Below, piece after piece: positions 25,647-27,257 of a stretch of DNA of 27,257 nt; position 1 is the first letter of the stretch; the number at the start of each line of letters is the position of its first letter. This DNA is from an uncultured archaeon. Lineage in GTDB: Archaea > Asgardarchaeota > Lokiarchaeia > Sigyniarchaeales > SOKP01. The position numbers and the translations under genes are program-made. The notes beneath the pieces were generated by a model, which saw only the letters and a list, made by a program, of their open reading frames with translations, was not told the DNA's origin and searched no databases. The stretch covers positions 38,231 through 65,487 of the forward strand of contig CAZALK010000023.1 in the NCBI GenBank assembly GCA_964486045.1. Reading direction: 5' to 3'.

Positions 25647-25792
25647 TGATAAGTTCACTATCTAATGCACTTAATAGTTGTTAAAGGAAGTTAGACTTAA
25701 ATTCTTCTTTGATTTACAATTTTTCAAAAAAGCCTAATTTTATTATTTAGGAATTAGTTAATATTTATAGGATAAATTTAAGGTGTCAAAAA

Positions 25793-26203
25793 ATCACGAA
25801 AGATGTAAAAATCATTACTATTGACAATCGGGGAAGGATTGTCTTACCATTGGTGACACGAAAAAGCCTCGGGATAACTACAGATTCACAGTTAATGCTC
25901 GTTAGTGATTCGGAAGCAAAAGAAATACGGATAACACCAGTTGGAATCACAAAAGAAGAAAAACCTATCAAGTTTAAGATAACTATGAGTGATGAACCTG
26001 GTTCATTAGCCAAGATTGCTACAATTTTTGGAGATAATGGTATTTCTTTAATGTATGGGGAAAGTGTCATTATCGAAAAATCTAAAACTGCTATCTGGAC
26101 CGTAATTAGTCCAACTCCAAAACATATATCACTTGAAGAATTAAAAGAAAGCTTGATGAAAAGTGATAAAGCAGTTAATGTTGAAATTATACCTATTGAT
26201 TGA
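25793..26203 (+). CDS. AbrB/SpoVT-ACT domain transcription regulator; probable ATC start
   Basis: KIITIDNRGRIVLPLVTRKSLGI (AbrB) lies mostly upstream of the track start 25850. ITMSDEPGSLAKIATIF is an ACT motif. AGGTG at 25781-25785. Confidence 0.85.
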   Translation: MTKDVKIITIDNRGRIVLPLVTRKSLGITTDSQLMLVSDSEAKEIRITPVGITKEEKPIKFKITMSDEPGSLAKIATIFGDNGISLMYGESVIIEKSKTAIWTVISPTPKHISLEELKESLMKSDKAVNVEIIPID

Positions 26204-26235
26204 GTTTATTGTTACGAATCTATTAAGATAGTTGT

Positions 26236-27126
26236 ATGGTTATGGGGAAAAAGAAAAAGAAAGAAAAAAAGAAAAAAGTAGTAAAGAGTACTCAAAATTC
26301 CAAAATAACAGCTGCCAATTCGTTGAATGTTGCTTTACATGAAACAAAAAATACAGAAACTACGTTACAAAGCTTAATGAAGGAAGTATCTGAAGAAAAA
26401 GGATTTGTAAAAAAAGGAGATAAAGAAAAAATTCGCCCTCATTTATCTCATGAGCACCAAAAAGAAATAGCAGAAGCTTATGCTTTAGAGGGCGTTCCAA
26501 TTGCTCAGAGAAAACAAACTCAGAAAAATGAAAGAACTTTACTTGTTCCTGAGCCTAAAAAGAAAGCTGATCCTAAAAAGAAAGCTGAGCCTAAAAAGAA
26601 AACCGAGTCAAAAAAATCGACCAAAAAAAAACCAGAACCTGCTCCTCTTCCAAAAATTCAGGTAGAGGTTTCGGTAGTTCCTACTCCTGTTGAAGAAAAA
26701 TCTGTTGAATCTAGTGAAGATCTAGCTCCAACACCCCCAATTAAAGAAACTCCCATAGTTAAGAAAGATAATATCTATATTAAATTGTCAGATTTTTTTG
26801 AGCAGACATTGCTGGGATATAATGAGAGGTATGAAAGGTGGGAAAATTCTATATCCAATATTTTAGCGATTATGAGGAAGATGCGTAAAATAACAAAAAA
26901 AAATACCGAGGATTTAGTTACTTCAATAAATAATATATTTAATAAGATCCAAAGGGAATTGGAACTTTTTAAAGTGAAACGTAATGAAGTTGAACGGGTA
27001 GCGGAAGTTGATATAGAATCTATGTCTGCTGAATTTAAAAGAGTTTTGGGGTTGCTTGAATTGCAAGTTAAAGAATATCAATTGAAAAGGGTAACAGATG
27101 AATTGATTCACATTCCCAGGTATTAA
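26236..27126 (+). CDS. Hypothetical Lys/Pro-rich disordered protein with C-terminal coiled coil
   Basis: KKKKKEKKKK N-terminus, 18-bp (E/D)PKKK(A/T) repeats near 26551-26604, heptad-rich C-terminus. Confidence 0.75.
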   Translation: MVMGKKKKKEKKKKVVKSTQNSKITAANSLNVALHETKNTETTLQSLMKEVSEEKGFVKKGDKEKIRPHLSHEHQKEIAEAYALEGVPIAQRKQTQKNERTLLVPEPKKKADPKKKAEPKKKTESKKSTKKKPEPAPLPKIQVEVSVVPTPVEEKSVESSEDLAPTPPIKETPIVKKDNIYIKLSDFFEQTLLGYNERYERWENSISNILAIMRKMRKITKKNTEDLVTSINNIFNKIQRELELFKVKRNEVERVAEVDIESMSAEFKRVLGLLELQVKEYQLKRVTDELIHIPRY

Positions 27127-27257
27127 TCACTACTCTTTTATGATGAGATAAATAAATCAAAATTATTCGAATAGAGATGTCATCTGAAAACAATAAACAC
27201 AGACGACCATTAATCCTCGATTTAGGTAGTAATTTTTTTCGCCTAGGGTGGGCGGGA

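Noticed and set aside
19416-25671. Integron (IntI plus attC cassettes)
   Set aside because: No IntI-specific insertion was recognised in the recombinase, and no repeated RYYYAAC...GTTRRRY attC hairpins were found between the small genes.
1034-27111. Short ORFs overlapping strong genes (e.g. 1034, 1959, 4293, 4349, 4830, 4869, 7531, 9994, 11629, 11738, 12668, 14829, 16033, 18816, 22744, 25406, 25786, 26923)
   Set aside because: They are antisense or alternate-frame shadows of well-supported genes with no motifs of their own.

Overview
AT-rich archaeal DNA, most likely an Asgard (Lokiarchaeia/Promethearchaeota-like) chromosome segment. This is inferred from a gelsolin-like gene, a roadblock gene, a Loki-type 'EFWGHCSNLQ' family gene, an IPGY-type C-terminal sorting signal and intron-containing tRNAs. 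The left half is mostly housekeeping: NfeD-like/SPFH pair, beta-carbonic anhydrase, F420 LLM oxidoreductase, YhhN, tRNA-Thr(GGT) and tRNA-Met(CAT) with non-canonical introns, a decayed URO-D/methyltransferase-like gene, Nnr, and a gelsolin-roadblock-(DPBB/Pro-rich/vWA) cluster. The right half is a layered mobile region with three parts. (i) An ~8.4 kb island lies between two synonymously diverged copies of the vWA gene 3' end. (ii) Nested in it is a 1.5 kb element encoding only a tyrosine recombinase, bounded by a 7-bp direct core (AAACTTT) and inverted arms; its excision would rebuild a perfect 14-3-14 TATA palindrome directly before a histidine kinase ATG. (iii) A 2.16 kb integrase-less insert with 49-bp direct repeats splits a small gene that is itself bracketed by palindromic sites. 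Four genes appear to start at ATA/ATC codons behind SD-like motifs. All calls come from reading the sequence; no searches were run.
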